From Candidatus Coatesbacteria bacterium (GTDB lineage: Bacteria; JAFGND01): a stretch of 64,000 nt of DNA. The translations under genes and the position numbers were made by a program. Location of the stretch: the NCBI GenBank assembly GCA_016927185.1, contig JAFGND010000057.1, positions 1 through 64,000 of the forward strand, in the 5' to 3' direction. The notes under the pieces were generated by a model. It saw only the letters and a program-made list of their open reading frames with translations, was not told the DNA's origin and searched no databases. Positions 21,222 through 31,004 of the stretch are shown one piece after another (within the stretch, counting starts at the first letter, position 1; the number at the start of each line of letters is the position of its first letter).

Positions 21222-21831
21222 ATTCCCACTTTACTCTTCCCCATGTTGGAAGAGTGTCAGATCTTGCATTATCCAATCTCTTATCCTTCCAGACAGAGAT
21301 ATACCAGAGACTGCTCGCATCCTTGACAAGTGTTATTATCATATAACCCTGTGCAGGGATCGTATCATTAGGTGCATACGTAGTCATGGGAAAAACAACT
21401 CGATACCTTCTGTAAAGAGTTACTGAAGCAGAATATCTTGTAGGATCAGGATTGTTGCTGTCTTCGGTAAAAACTACAGAGATTGTATCATTTCCAGATT
21501 CAGTACATTTATTGAATAAAGCTGAAGTAATTTCTATCTCCTTATTGAGATCCCATGATTCCGTTCCTGAAGTAAAATCCTGAACATCCTTGGCATCAAA
21601 ATAGAACTTATAATCATCAGATAATGTACTTTGAAAATTTGCTATATTCTTTTCCATCAAGGACCATTGAAGATTGTACAATGCGCTTTGGGGAGTAGTA
21701 GGTTGCTTGTAGTGGCTGGTTTCCCCTGAAGGAGGTTCAGGGTCTCTGGCATCAAAGGGATTCCAGCAGCTGATTACGAAAAGAATAATCAGTGGAAAAA
21801 AAATGAATATAGCAGATGCTTTTAACTTCAT
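21214..21831 (-). CDS. Hypothetical lipoprotein (possible NTF2-like fold)
   Basis: Lipobox VISC followed by NPF...PEPP; WYISVWKD; terminal TWG. Confidence 0.7.
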   Translation of the reverse strand: MKLKASAIFIFFPLIILFVISCWNPFDARDPEPPSGETSHYKQPTTPQSALYNLQWSLMEKNIANFQSTLSDDYKFYFDAKDVQDFTSGTESWDLNKEIEITSALFNKCTESGNDTISVVFTEDSNNPDPTRYSASVTLYRRYRVVFPMTTYAPNDTIPAQGYMIITLVKDASSLWYISVWKDKRLDNARSDTLPTWGRVKWEFN

Positions 21832-21838
21832 TTCTGGA

Positions 21839-22363
21839 TTACATTTCTTTTTTATGCATTATCTGAGCCATTGCCAGTTGGAATTCATCAGGATTTTTTG
21901 TTCCTATAAGAATCCTGTCTTTGTTTTTCAATACCAGCTGCATACCTTCATTGCCACTAACATTATATGCCCTGTTGGATTTGAAGCCCTTTATTCCCCA
22001 ACCCCCATATTCCTGGACAGGTTTATAAATCCTTGCCTGATAACTTTCAATCTCCTCTTTTGGTATTTTTCTGAATGAAAGCATGAATGGAAAGAACTTA
22101 ACATAAACTCCATCAGTTCTTACTTCAGTTACCAGTTTGCAGGAAAAAATCAGAAGAGGTTCTCCAATTCCGACAGCTATCATTATAAGAAGCACATTTA
22201 ATGGTATGGTTTTGCTGCTTCCTCCAGCAAATCCAAATAGGAATTGCTTAATGAAAATAAGGCTGAAAATTACCAATGGTATGAATATAATGGCAATCAT
22301 CCACAGCTGATTAAACCTCTGTGTTTCAGAATAAAGTGAAGGGTTTTCTAAATCGTATTCCAT
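21839..22363 (-). CDS. DUF6141-like membrane protein (two TMs + bacterial PH-like domain)
   Basis: ETQRF, YGGWGIK, AYNVSGN and LIGTK motifs. Confidence 0.75.
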   Translation of the reverse strand: MEYDLENPSLYSETQRFNQLWMIAIIFIPLVIFSLIFIKQFLFGFAGGSSKTIPLNVLLIMIAVGIGEPLLIFSCKLVTEVRTDGVYVKFFPFMLSFRKIPKEEIESYQARIYKPVQEYGGWGIKGFKSNRAYNVSGNEGMQLVLKNKDRILIGTKNPDEFQLAMAQIMHKKEM

Positions 22364-22541
22364 AGTTATATGGGAAACTAATGAAGCTTTTTAGTCAAGT
22401 AAATATTTTCAGCATTAGTCGAACAGTTAATTGCAGTAATTATTGATTGAAGTTGACTAGTCAGGTCAAAATGCAAAGATTGCCATGTTTTAGCTTATCA
22501 AATAACTTGACTGAAAAAACAATTTTTGTGAGTTGTTTAGT

Positions 22542-23627
22542 ATGAAGGAAAAAGAAATGGATTTTGAGAAGATTGCCCCTATAATAAGACAATCAGAAAT
22601 ATTTTCAGGTCTGAATGATAAGGAAATTATCTCTCTGTGCTCACTGGCAGAAGAGAAAGAATATGAAGCTACGGAAATCATAATAAAGCAGGGAGATGAG
22701 GCAAGTTCATTCTATATGATTGTAGAAGGAACTGTTGATGTATACAAAGAGCAGAAAGGCAATTTTTATTATATTCATTCTCTAGAGCCAAAAGAGCTAT
22801 TTGGTGAAATGGCTTTAGTTGATGATTCTCCGCGTTCAGCAACAGTAAAAGCAAAAACAAAAGTCATTGTGATATCTTTCTCCAGGGTTGCCTTTCATCA
22901 ATATCTGGCAATTTCCTCAGACGCAGGAATAAAAATACTGAAAATTATAAACAAAAGACTTTATAATGCTGAAAAGCAAGCTACAAGAGAGATAATTCGC
23001 TTGCAGGATACGACGATATTTGCAATGGCAAAACTTGCAGAAGGAAGAGATCCAAACATGGGTTGCCATCTGGAAAGGATGAGAGAGTTCGCACTTCTTA
23101 TTGCAAGAGCATTCAAGGAAAGATCTCAAAGGTATCTTTATATGGATAATGAATTTCTTGATCTTCTTTATAAATGTGCTCCTTTACATGATATCGGCAA
23201 GATTGGAATTCCAGATCACATTCTTCTGAAACCAGATTATCTTGATAATGAGGAAAAGCAGATAATGAGAACTCATACAACACTGGGAGCTGAAACCTTA
23301 CAGAAAGCCAGCCAGAAACCAATTGATAATTACTTCCTTGATATGGCTATTTGTATAGCTTTAAGTCATCATGAACGCTGGGATGGTTCTGGTTATCCTC
23401 AAGGTTTGAAGGGTGAAGATATTCCTTTAAGCGCAAGGATTATCAATATTGCTGATGTATATGATTCTTTGACAAGCGACAGGATATACAGGAAAGCATT
23501 TAGTCATGAAGAAGCATGCAAGATAATAAAAGAGAATGAGGAAAGCAAATTTGATCCTTCAATTCTTGACGTTTTTGACACCATAGAAGATGATCTCATT
23601 AGCATCAAGAATCGCTTTCCCGATTAA
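22542..23627 (+). CDS. cNMP-binding domain + HD-GYP phosphodiesterase
   Basis: FGEMAL...RSAT cNMP motif; HDIGK, HHERWDGSGYP and ADVYD motifs. Confidence 0.9.
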   Translation: MKEKEMDFEKIAPIIRQSEIFSGLNDKEIISLCSLAEEKEYEATEIIIKQGDEASSFYMIVEGTVDVYKEQKGNFYYIHSLEPKELFGEMALVDDSPRSATVKAKTKVIVISFSRVAFHQYLAISSDAGIKILKIINKRLYNAEKQATREIIRLQDTTIFAMAKLAEGRDPNMGCHLERMREFALLIARAFKERSQRYLYMDNEFLDLLYKCAPLHDIGKIGIPDHILLKPDYLDNEEKQIMRTHTTLGAETLQKASQKPIDNYFLDMAICIALSHHERWDGSGYPQGLKGEDIPLSARIINIADVYDSLTSDRIYRKAFSHEEACKIIKENEESKFDPSILDVFDTIEDDLISIKNRFPD

Positions 23628-23630
23628 CAT

Positions 23631-24401
23631 TTAGCTGATTTCAATAGTTTCTTCTGAAGAATCAAACAGAATCTTCAATTTCCCTTCATTTGTTTCTACC
23701 AGTACTGAACATGAATCTACCCAGTCTCCAGTATTGCAATATATTATCTTGTCATATCTTTTGAGATTCGGTTTATGAATATGACCGCAGATTATTCCAT
23801 CTGCATTGCTTAATCTTGCTTTCACTACAGCAAGTTTTTCGTAATCTGAAATATAATCTACTGCATCTTTCAGTTTCTGCTTAATGAAGCCCGATAAAGA
23901 CCAGTATTTATATCCAAAATTCTTCCTCAGGATATTATAGATTTTGTTAATTCTCAGGATGACAGTATAGGCTGCATCTCCTGCCATGGCGAACCATTTA
24001 TTGAATCTGACAACAGCTTCAAACTCATCACCATGAACTATGATAAATTTCTTGCCATCCAATAATTTGTGCGAAGAATGGTTTCTTATTGTTATTCCAC
24101 CAAACTTATATCCATTGAATTGTCTGAAGAATTCGTCATGATTGCCAGGTATGAAAGTGATTTTTGTTGTTCTAGCTTTCTTGAGAAGATGCCTTATCAG
24201 GTTATTATGTTCCTGCGGCCAATAGAACTCCTTTTTCAGCTCCCAGATATCAATCAGATCCCCAACTACAAATAAGTATTCACATTCAGTATTTTTCAGA
24301 AAATCAAGTGCTTTTTCTGCCTGAGATACCCATGTTCCCAAATGAATATCTGAAATAAAAACCGATCTATAGCATTTTATCTTGTCATTCAGTTCATTCA
24401 T
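23631..24401 (-). CDS. Calcineurin-like metallophosphoesterase, UDP-2,3-diacylglucosamine hydrolase (LpxH/YbbF-like) family
   Basis: SDIHLG, GDLID, GNHD, HGD, GHIH and NTGDW motifs. Confidence 0.85.
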   Translation of the reverse strand: MNELNDKIKCYRSVFISDIHLGTWVSQAEKALDFLKNTECEYLFVVGDLIDIWELKKEFYWPQEHNNLIRHLLKKARTTKITFIPGNHDEFFRQFNGYKFGGITIRNHSSHKLLDGKKFIIVHGDEFEAVVRFNKWFAMAGDAAYTVILRINKIYNILRKNFGYKYWSLSGFIKQKLKDAVDYISDYEKLAVVKARLSNADGIICGHIHKPNLKRYDKIIYCNTGDWVDSCSVLVETNEGKLKILFDSSEETIEIS

Positions 24402-25557
24402 TCTTCAATTCTTCTATGTAATTATCCACTATTGATATTGCATTAGCTAGTATTTTCTCGTCTGCATTCCCGAAAGAAATCCTGAGATGGAATTCTGCAT
24501 TCTTGCCAAATGCTGCACCTGGAACAACTATAATATTATGAGTTTTCAACAATTCCAATGACAATTTCTGGGAAGGGATTTTTTTCTTGTACGGGAATAA
24601 CCCAAAGAATGCACCATCAACGCTTTTCCAAACAAGATTTCTTGATTTCAATAAAGCATTTTTCAGGAAATCCCTTCTCATTATGAGTGTCTCTCTGTAA
24701 TCATTAGACTGAGGAGATCTATTTAAAAGTATTTCTCCAACAAATCGTTGAGAGGGGACGGGAGCACATATCTGGATTGTATCCTGGATTTTCAGGAGTT
24801 CAGGAATATAGCTTGAACTCACTATTAAATAGCCTATCCTCCATCCTGTAATCCCGAATGTCTTGCTGAAACTGCCTATTATAAAAGTGTTTCGTAAACT
24901 ACTATCCAGATAAAGTGGATTGTATCTTTCTTTATCAGTTAAATAGAATTCCCTGTAAACTTCATCATAAATAAATGCAATATCGCTTTCAATACAAATC
25001 TCTTGAACTCTCTCTATATCATTTTTATTGAAAACTGCTCCTGTTGGATTATTGGGAGAAACTACTACTACTGCTTTGGTTCTTTTATTTATGCTTTTTC
25101 TCAATTCTTCAGTATCTATGCACCATTCATTTTCGCTATCTTTCATTTCCAGTATCCTTTTTTTCCTTCCAAGCATGTCTATTGCCATTGTGTGATTGAA
25201 ATAAAAAGGGCTGAAAACTATTATTTCATCATCGTATCTTGAAACAAGAAGAAGAACCTGGAAAAAAGCATTGTTGGCACCTGATGTTATAATCAGGTTT
25301 TCTTCAGCAACATTCATTGATTCTGCTATTTTCCTTCTTGTTTCCTTAATTCCCAAATCAGCACTGTATGAGTGAGTCTTTTTTTCTTCCAGGATTGGAT
25401 ATAGCTGCCTGATTGAATTCATATCAGGAATCATGTCTGGTATTGCTTGTCCCAGATCAATAACAGGTATTCCTTTTTCTCTCTTGTTTTGTGCGAGTTT
25501 GTAAAGATATATCAAGGGCGGTTCAGCAGTAGCCAACAAATCTTTGTTGAATATCAT
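24394..25557 (-). CDS. PLP-dependent aminotransferase class I/II
   Basis: SPNNPTG, DEVY and SFSKTFGITGWRIG motifs. Confidence 0.9.
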   Translation of the reverse strand: MIFNKDLLATAEPPLIYLYKLAQNKREKGIPVIDLGQAIPDMIPDMNSIRQLYPILEEKKTHSYSADLGIKETRRKIAESMNVAEENLIITSGANNAFFQVLLLVSRYDDEIIVFSPFYFNHTMAIDMLGRKKRILEMKDSENEWCIDTEELRKSINKRTKAVVVVSPNNPTGAVFNKNDIERVQEICIESDIAFIYDEVYREFYLTDKERYNPLYLDSSLRNTFIIGSFSKTFGITGWRIGYLIVSSSYIPELLKIQDTIQICAPVPSQRFVGEILLNRSPQSNDYRETLIMRRDFLKNALLKSRNLVWKSVDGAFFGLFPYKKKIPSQKLSLELLKTHNIIVVPGAAFGKNAEFHLRISFGNADEKILANAISIVDNYIEELKNE

Positions 25558-26330
25558 AAATATTTATCTCTCTCGATATAGGCATAAGCATTATGGTTAT
25601 GGATTGATTCAAGGCTTTCCCCTTCTATTGAAAACCAGATAATTCTTTTGTCAGAAATCATCTTTTCGGCAATGTTTCTGACCAGGTCTTCGATAAAAAC
25701 AGGATTTTCGTAAGCTCTTTCCGTAATATGCTTTTCATCTGCTCTTTTAAGTAATGGATAAATAGCCGCACTTGCAGACTTTTCTGCCACTTCAATCAGA
25801 TCTTCTATCCACACTAATTCAAGTGTCCTTACTCTAATCCTTGCAAAACTTCTCTGGTTATGAGCTCCGAAATCGCTTATTTCCTTGCTGCACGGGCAGA
25901 GGGTTATCAGGGGAACAGTTACTTCGAGTAGATAGTCTTCATGATTAATCCCTTTTTCACCTATGAATTTGCATCCATATCCCATAAGGCTTTTTATTTT
26001 GCTGATGGGAGCTTTCTTCTGTATAAAGTACTTGAAACTTATCTCAATGTGAGCTGTCTCCGCTTCAAGTTTTTTAAGCATATCATCAAGTATTTTTCCC
26101 ATATTGTATAGAGTTATTTCTCCTTTATATTGATTCAATATTTCGATGAATCTGCTCATATGAGTTCCCTTGAATTGTTGAGGAAGCTCGACATACATAT
26201 TGATACTTGCAACAGTTGGTTGCCTGTCTTTCTCCTTGTCTAGAACTATTATTGGGTATTCAAGCCCTTTAACACCTACTTTGTCTATGCTTAAGCCTCT
26301 TTTGTCTTTCCTTTTCTGAACATCTTTCAT
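25554..26330 (-). CDS. folE2: GTP cyclohydrolase IB
   Basis: KGTHMSRF, TLCPCSK, AHNQR and ESIHNHNAYA motifs; MKDVQ start at 26330. Confidence 0.93.
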   Translation of the reverse strand: MKDVQKRKDKRGLSIDKVGVKGLEYPIIVLDKEKDRQPTVASINMYVELPQQFKGTHMSRFIEILNQYKGEITLYNMGKILDDMLKKLEAETAHIEISFKYFIQKKAPISKIKSLMGYGCKFIGEKGINHEDYLLEVTVPLITLCPCSKEISDFGAHNQRSFARIRVRTLELVWIEDLIEVAEKSASAAIYPLLKRADEKHITERAYENPVFIEDLVRNIAEKMISDKRIIWFSIEGESLESIHNHNAYAYIERDKYL

Positions 26331-26512
26331 AAAGGTCATGGAAGAAGAGCAGGGCAGGGGAGTCAAGAATAATAGATTTCTTTTTTCATTATTGTGCAAT
26401 ATTTTACAACTTTTACTTATACTCGCTGAAAAATATTTACAAACAGCAGTTATTAAAATGGCATATTTTTTGCTATATTATTGATGATTCTCAACTACCA
26501 AAGGAGGAGAAT

Positions 26513-27349
26513 ATGAAAAACCTAATACTTTCAATTATTATAACCATTTTGTTTTTAGACATTTTGCATGCCAGGAAAAGCCCCTTTGAGTTTTCACTGA
26601 GTTGGGAGCCATGGAATCCAGGTCTTAATTCAAAAATTGCTATTGCAGATACATCATTCGAACAGAAATCATTCAGTTTGAATGATGTTGGAATTGATTC
26701 AAAGTGGCTTACTCAATGTGTAAGTGTATCATTTGGAATTTCAGGGATTCATTACTTCAATTATACAAATCTTCCCTTTTCATATAGTGGAGAAAAGGTT
26801 CTCAACAAGCAGATATATTTCAAGGAATTGAGTTTTAATCCTAATGACAGCGTTTTATCTGCCATCGATTTATCTGTAAAGCAATTCAGCTATACCGGTT
26901 ATTTCATAAAAAAGAAGCATTTCAAGATTGGCATGGGAATATCTGCTCAGATTGCCAATCTGAATGCAAGCATGGAAAGCAGGATAACAGGATACAGGCA
27001 GAACTATGAAAGACAGCTAATTGCTCCTGTTCCATACTTGAATCTCGGCATAAATACTAAATATGTACAATTCGAAGGCAAGATAGGAACTATTTCCACT
27101 CTCTGGCTGAGCAAACTTTCAAGATATGAAGATTACTTTGATAAATCTGATACTGTTAAGGAGATTCTGGAAAAGAAGGGAAAGATTTTTCATTCTGAAG
27201 TAATCATTCAGACAAGACCCTTGTCTTATATGGCTTTAGGTCTGGGATACAGGAATTATAATGCGGTCTGGCAACTAGATGATTCCCATGGAGATATAAG
27301 ATTCGAGGGAATATTCATGCGAACAAGTTTCTATGCTCCATTTAAATAA
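26513..27349 (+). CDS. Hypothetical exported protein, probable outer-membrane beta-barrel
   Basis: Strong SD (AGGAGGAG); signal peptide; amphipathic beta-strand pattern (e.g. LGLGYR, FEGIF). Confidence 0.65.
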   Translation: MKNLILSIIITILFLDILHARKSPFEFSLSWEPWNPGLNSKIAIADTSFEQKSFSLNDVGIDSKWLTQCVSVSFGISGIHYFNYTNLPFSYSGEKVLNKQIYFKELSFNPNDSVLSAIDLSVKQFSYTGYFIKKKHFKIGMGISAQIANLNASMESRITGYRQNYERQLIAPVPYLNLGINTKYVQFEGKIGTISTLWLSKLSRYEDYFDKSDTVKEILEKKGKIFHSEVIIQTRPLSYMALGLGYRNYNAVWQLDDSHGDIRFEGIFMRTSFYAPFK

Positions 27350-27352
27350 AAT

Positions 27353-27379
27353 AAAAACCTGCAGATTTTGCAGGTTTTT
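27353..27379 (+). terminator. Rho-independent terminator
   Basis: AAAAACCTGCA-GATTT-TGCAGGTTTTT perfect inverted repeat right after the stop codon. Confidence 0.8.
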
Positions 27380-27392
27380 CTTTATTTAAGAC

Positions 27393-27431
27393 TTGCCATA
27401 TTTTATTTTTTCACTATATTAGAGTTGGAGG
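27393..27431 (+). promoter_or_regulatory. Putative sigma70 promoter and RBS of the beta-propeller lipoprotein gene
   Basis: TTGCCA (27393)-N16-TATATT (27415); GGAGG at 27427-27431, 7 nt before ATG 27439. Confidence 0.5.
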
Positions 27432-27438
27432 TATGAAA

Positions 27439-28602
27439 ATGAAAAATAGACTATTAAATATCGTAATTTCAATCAGCTTTCTGTTACTTGCAGGTTGCGA
27501 GAGTGATAATTTTCTTCCCTATGAACTGGATAATGAAAACTTGGGTCGCTCTTCACCTGACATTCCTTATTATTTATGGACAGAATCTTTTACTGAAAAC
27601 AATCTTGGTTATGCAGCCATAGTTGGAGGTAAATTGGTTGCTCTTTCATGGGATGGCAGTGCATATTGCATGAGAACCAGCAATGCTTCTTTGTTATGGA
27701 AACAGACAACTCCCGTATCATATGACTGAATGGGTGCAGGAATTGTAAGGAATCGTGTATTCCTGCTTTCAGACAAGGTTTATTTACTGGACATGGAGAA
27801 TGGAACAGAAATATGGTCTTATTCATCTCCGTTCAAGAACGCTGGCAGAACTTCCCCAGTATATGACGATCAATTAAACAGGCTTTTTGTAGTTTTTGAT
27901 AAAGGAATTATTGCAGCACTTGACTTCAATAATGGAAGTGAAATATGGTTGAAGTCATTGAGCGAATCACCTGGCTGCAGTCCTTTGTTATCTAAATATT
28001 TCTATGTAATAGCTAAAGATGGAAAACTTTATGCATTTGACAAGCAGAATGGCAATTCTATCTGGGTAAAGACTCTTGAAGAATCTTCATTTTCTGCAGG
28101 GAGTTTAGCTATAAACAAGAAATATTTGTTCGCAGGATACAAGAAGTCGATTAATTGCCTGAATCCCGAGAATGGAAATCTTATCTGGAAAAGCCTTCCT
28201 GATGTTTATATGGAAGGGACTTTCGGAGCAGTTGATGATAGCAGATTTTATTCAATTTCATCAGATAAGATCATTGCATTAGACATAAACAATGGCAGCA
28301 TTTTATGGGTTTTCAATCTGCCTACAAGCAATTTGACAACGACATTGACGCTTCATGCTGATAATGTACTTGTCAATGGTTTCAAGATATTTGCGTTGAA
28401 AAGGACAACCGGACAGTTTGTATGGTCTAAAAATGGATATGCTGCACCATATGGACCAATCACTGTTTCCAACAATATTGCCTACTTTGGATATCTTGAT
28501 GGAGCAGGGCTTTCTGCATTGAAATTGCCTGGTAATTATACAGGTAAAACATGGAATTTTTACAGGAGTGATTTAGCCAATTCATCATATCTTCCAGAAT
28601 AG
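27439..28602 (+). CDS. PQQ/BamB-type 8-bladed beta-propeller lipoprotein with one in-frame TGA (27727-27729); candidate selenoprotein, otherwise a pseudogene
   Basis: ORFs 27433-27729 and 27730-28602 share a frame and abut at TGA; lipobox LLAGC; A-L-D-x-x-x-G-x-x-x-W repeats run continuously across the TGA. Confidence 0.75.
27730..27770 (+). promoter_or_regulatory. SECIS-like RNA hairpin directly 3' of the in-frame UGA
   Basis: GCAGGAAT (27736-43) pairs perfectly with ATTCCTGC (27759-66); alternative fold AGGAAT-CGTGT-ATTCCT has G then U in the apical loop, 24 nt after the UGA. Confidence 0.5.
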
Positions 28603-28677
28603 AACACTATAACATTTTGCTTGACATTATTTACCGAGATATGTCTCTTTGGAATATCAAGTTAAAGATGAGGAAGT

Positions 28678-29589
28678 ATGGGCTGGCTAGATGAAGCTAA
28701 AGATCAATTACAAAGAGCTTTAGGCACAAAGAAAGTAATAAGAAAAAGACAGGATGGAGAAGAGGCTAATCTTTTATTAAAAGATCCTACTATATATCTG
28801 GATAAGCTTAACAATATAATTTCGAAGATATATAAGGGACAAGAGCCTTATGATTATTTCCTGAAATTTCAAAGTGCAAGAATATCACAGCTTTCAAGAG
28901 CTTCACAGCTTGAAAACGATGACACTAGTTATTTTGATTTAGAGCAGTTTCAAAAGAAATCAAGAATCCTTGAGGACGATTATGTTAATCTTATAAAAAA
29001 AATATACTCAGGAAAAAATATACATTCAACTTTTCCCATTCAGTTTTATAAGATACTGGTAAGGGGAGATTCTATTGATAATGATGTTTTCATTTATACC
29101 GGAGCATACAGCCTCTCGGAAGATGGCTATGATATATATATTCCTGTGATCTTTCTGCTTGACGGTACGCTTTTCTCATTTGTTTATCAGTTTTACGACA
29201 AACCTAGTGAAATATTATATGGTTCAAATTATATAGGGAATTCACTTGATTTGTATACTGTTCAGAAATCAGAAATGGATGTCAAATCCAGCAACAAAAT
29301 CCAGAAGGAAATAGTATTAATTCATACTGAAATAAATCCAGTGAAGCTGAAAAAATCAATCAGAAGAATGGAAGTTCTGAATTCCGGTAAATCAAAGACA
29401 TCAATAGTCCCTGAGGAAGAAAGCAAGAATTATTTCATAAAAGCTTATCGAATACTAAGAATGGCTTCATTCCTTGATTATACAAGGCAGGAGCATTTAT
29501 ATTCATTACTTGATCTTGTTGAACAGACAATACTGCCTGGTCACAAGAAATCATTGCTTGATAAAATTCCATTACTTGATGAAATTTAA
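28678..29589 (+). CDS. Hypothetical protein
   Basis: 303-aa ORF with GAGG SD and upstream TTGACA (28621); no motif recognised. Confidence 0.7.
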   Translation: MGWLDEAKDQLQRALGTKKVIRKRQDGEEANLLLKDPTIYLDKLNNIISKIYKGQEPYDYFLKFQSARISQLSRASQLENDDTSYFDLEQFQKKSRILEDDYVNLIKKIYSGKNIHSTFPIQFYKILVRGDSIDNDVFIYTGAYSLSEDGYDIYIPVIFLLDGTLFSFVYQFYDKPSEILYGSNYIGNSLDLYTVQKSEMDVKSSNKIQKEIVLIHTEINPVKLKKSIRRMEVLNSGKSKTSIVPEEESKNYFIKAYRILRMASFLDYTRQEHLYSLLDLVEQTILPGHKKSLLDKIPLLDEI

Positions 29590-30992
29590 TCTTTCTGAAG
29601 AGTTATAGTTATTGTTGTTTTTTCGCCTTTTATCGGTTGAATAACCAATACAAAAATACTCTGATTATTCTTTGAAAATGTTGCTGAATCAGATGATATC
29701 TCACCTGTTTTCCAGCCTCTGGAAGGCATTTCTTTGGCATACCATTTAATAATCTTTGATGGTTCATCATCAGATTCACCAGTCAAGGTATTGCCCTGTT
29801 TTTTAAAAACGCAACCTGGATAATTGAAATCCGAAATTGAAAAGGGAGATGTTTTATGTTCGTCAGTTTTGGAACCTGGTTCGCTTTTTGAAATTTTACT
29901 GAAGAAATCTTTATTCAGATCTTCCAAGTCCTTACCTGTTAATTCCTTCCATGATTTTTCTAGATTCCTTGATTGATAAAGTTTCTTCAGTATTTCAGTT
30001 CCATATGTTTCATCAATGAATCTTACAAATGCTGCGGATTGAGGATAAGTTATTTCTGAAGAATGTTTGAAAAAGCTATAAGCTAATTCCTTGGTATGTA
30101 ATAATTTATCTTTATTGTCTTTGCACCATTCATACTCGTTTCTGCCAGTCTGATCCAGATATACTGCAAGACCCTCTCCAAAGAGGGCACTGCTAGGAAT
30201 CCCCCATTCATATGATATAACATGAGTTATCTCATGACCGAAAGTCTGTTCTCTTTTTGGTCCAAATTCCAGATGACAACGCTTCTCAAATCCTTGTGCA
30301 AAACCAAGTTCTCTCAGGGTAAGTTTCTTGCCTTGTTCAGATGTATCATATAAGAATAAAGTTATCTTTTCCTTAGGATTAATTGAAAGTTTCTTGGTGA
30401 TTTGTGCATAAGCTTTTTCAAAACCACTTTTTATGTAATCTATTTTATTGGAAGCCTGTGATGAAGGATTGGCATAAAAGATCAGATGATCAGTTTCAAA
30501 TTTCAGTGAAAGTACCAGCTTTACATTTTCATATCCATTCATTCTCAGCTCCCAGACATTTAAGTCCTCCATGGCACCCTTTGGCTTGCCAATTTCCTCT
30601 GCTTTATTCAAATATTCGAAAGCCTTTTTGTTGTCTCCTGCCAGGTATTCTGCTTTCGCAGCAGTGAGATATCCCCATGCTATAGTCCAGTCAGGTTTTC
30701 CTGTTTTAGTAGCAAAAAAGGCAGATATATATTTTTTTGCATTAGCTACATCTTCCTCATCAACTGCTATTCTTGCTATGCCTAGCGATGCTTCAGCAAG
30801 GTTTCTGTTATTTGCTATTTCCTTTTCAAACAACAATTTTGCCTTCTGTGAATCCCCTTCCGTATAATATTTATATGCTTGCTGTAAACTGCTGTTATTC
30901 TGCTGATTGTTGCTATTATCCTGTGAAATGGATTTTTTGTTGCAGCCGAAAATCACAAACAAAAACATCAAGAAAATCAATACTCTTTTCAT
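29586..30992 (-). CDS. TPR lipoprotein with gluzincin-like (peptidase MA) domain
   Basis: Lipobox IFGC; TPR-like helices; HEITH...EGLA zinc motif; YPQS. Confidence 0.8.
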   Translation of the reverse strand: MKRVLIFLMFLFVIFGCNKKSISQDNSNNQQNNSSLQQAYKYYTEGDSQKAKLLFEKEIANNRNLAEASLGIARIAVDEEDVANAKKYISAFFATKTGKPDWTIAWGYLTAAKAEYLAGDNKKAFEYLNKAEEIGKPKGAMEDLNVWELRMNGYENVKLVLSLKFETDHLIFYANPSSQASNKIDYIKSGFEKAYAQITKKLSINPKEKITLFLYDTSEQGKKLTLRELGFAQGFEKRCHLEFGPKREQTFGHEITHVISYEWGIPSSALFGEGLAVYLDQTGRNEYEWCKDNKDKLLHTKELAYSFFKHSSEITYPQSAAFVRFIDETYGTEILKKLYQSRNLEKSWKELTGKDLEDLNKDFFSKISKSEPGSKTDEHKTSPFSISDFNYPGCVFKKQGNTLTGESDDEPSKIIKWYAKEMPSRGWKTGEISSDSATFSKNNQSIFVLVIQPIKGEKTTITITLQKD

Positions 30993-31004
30993 AACATTAC
31001 TCTC

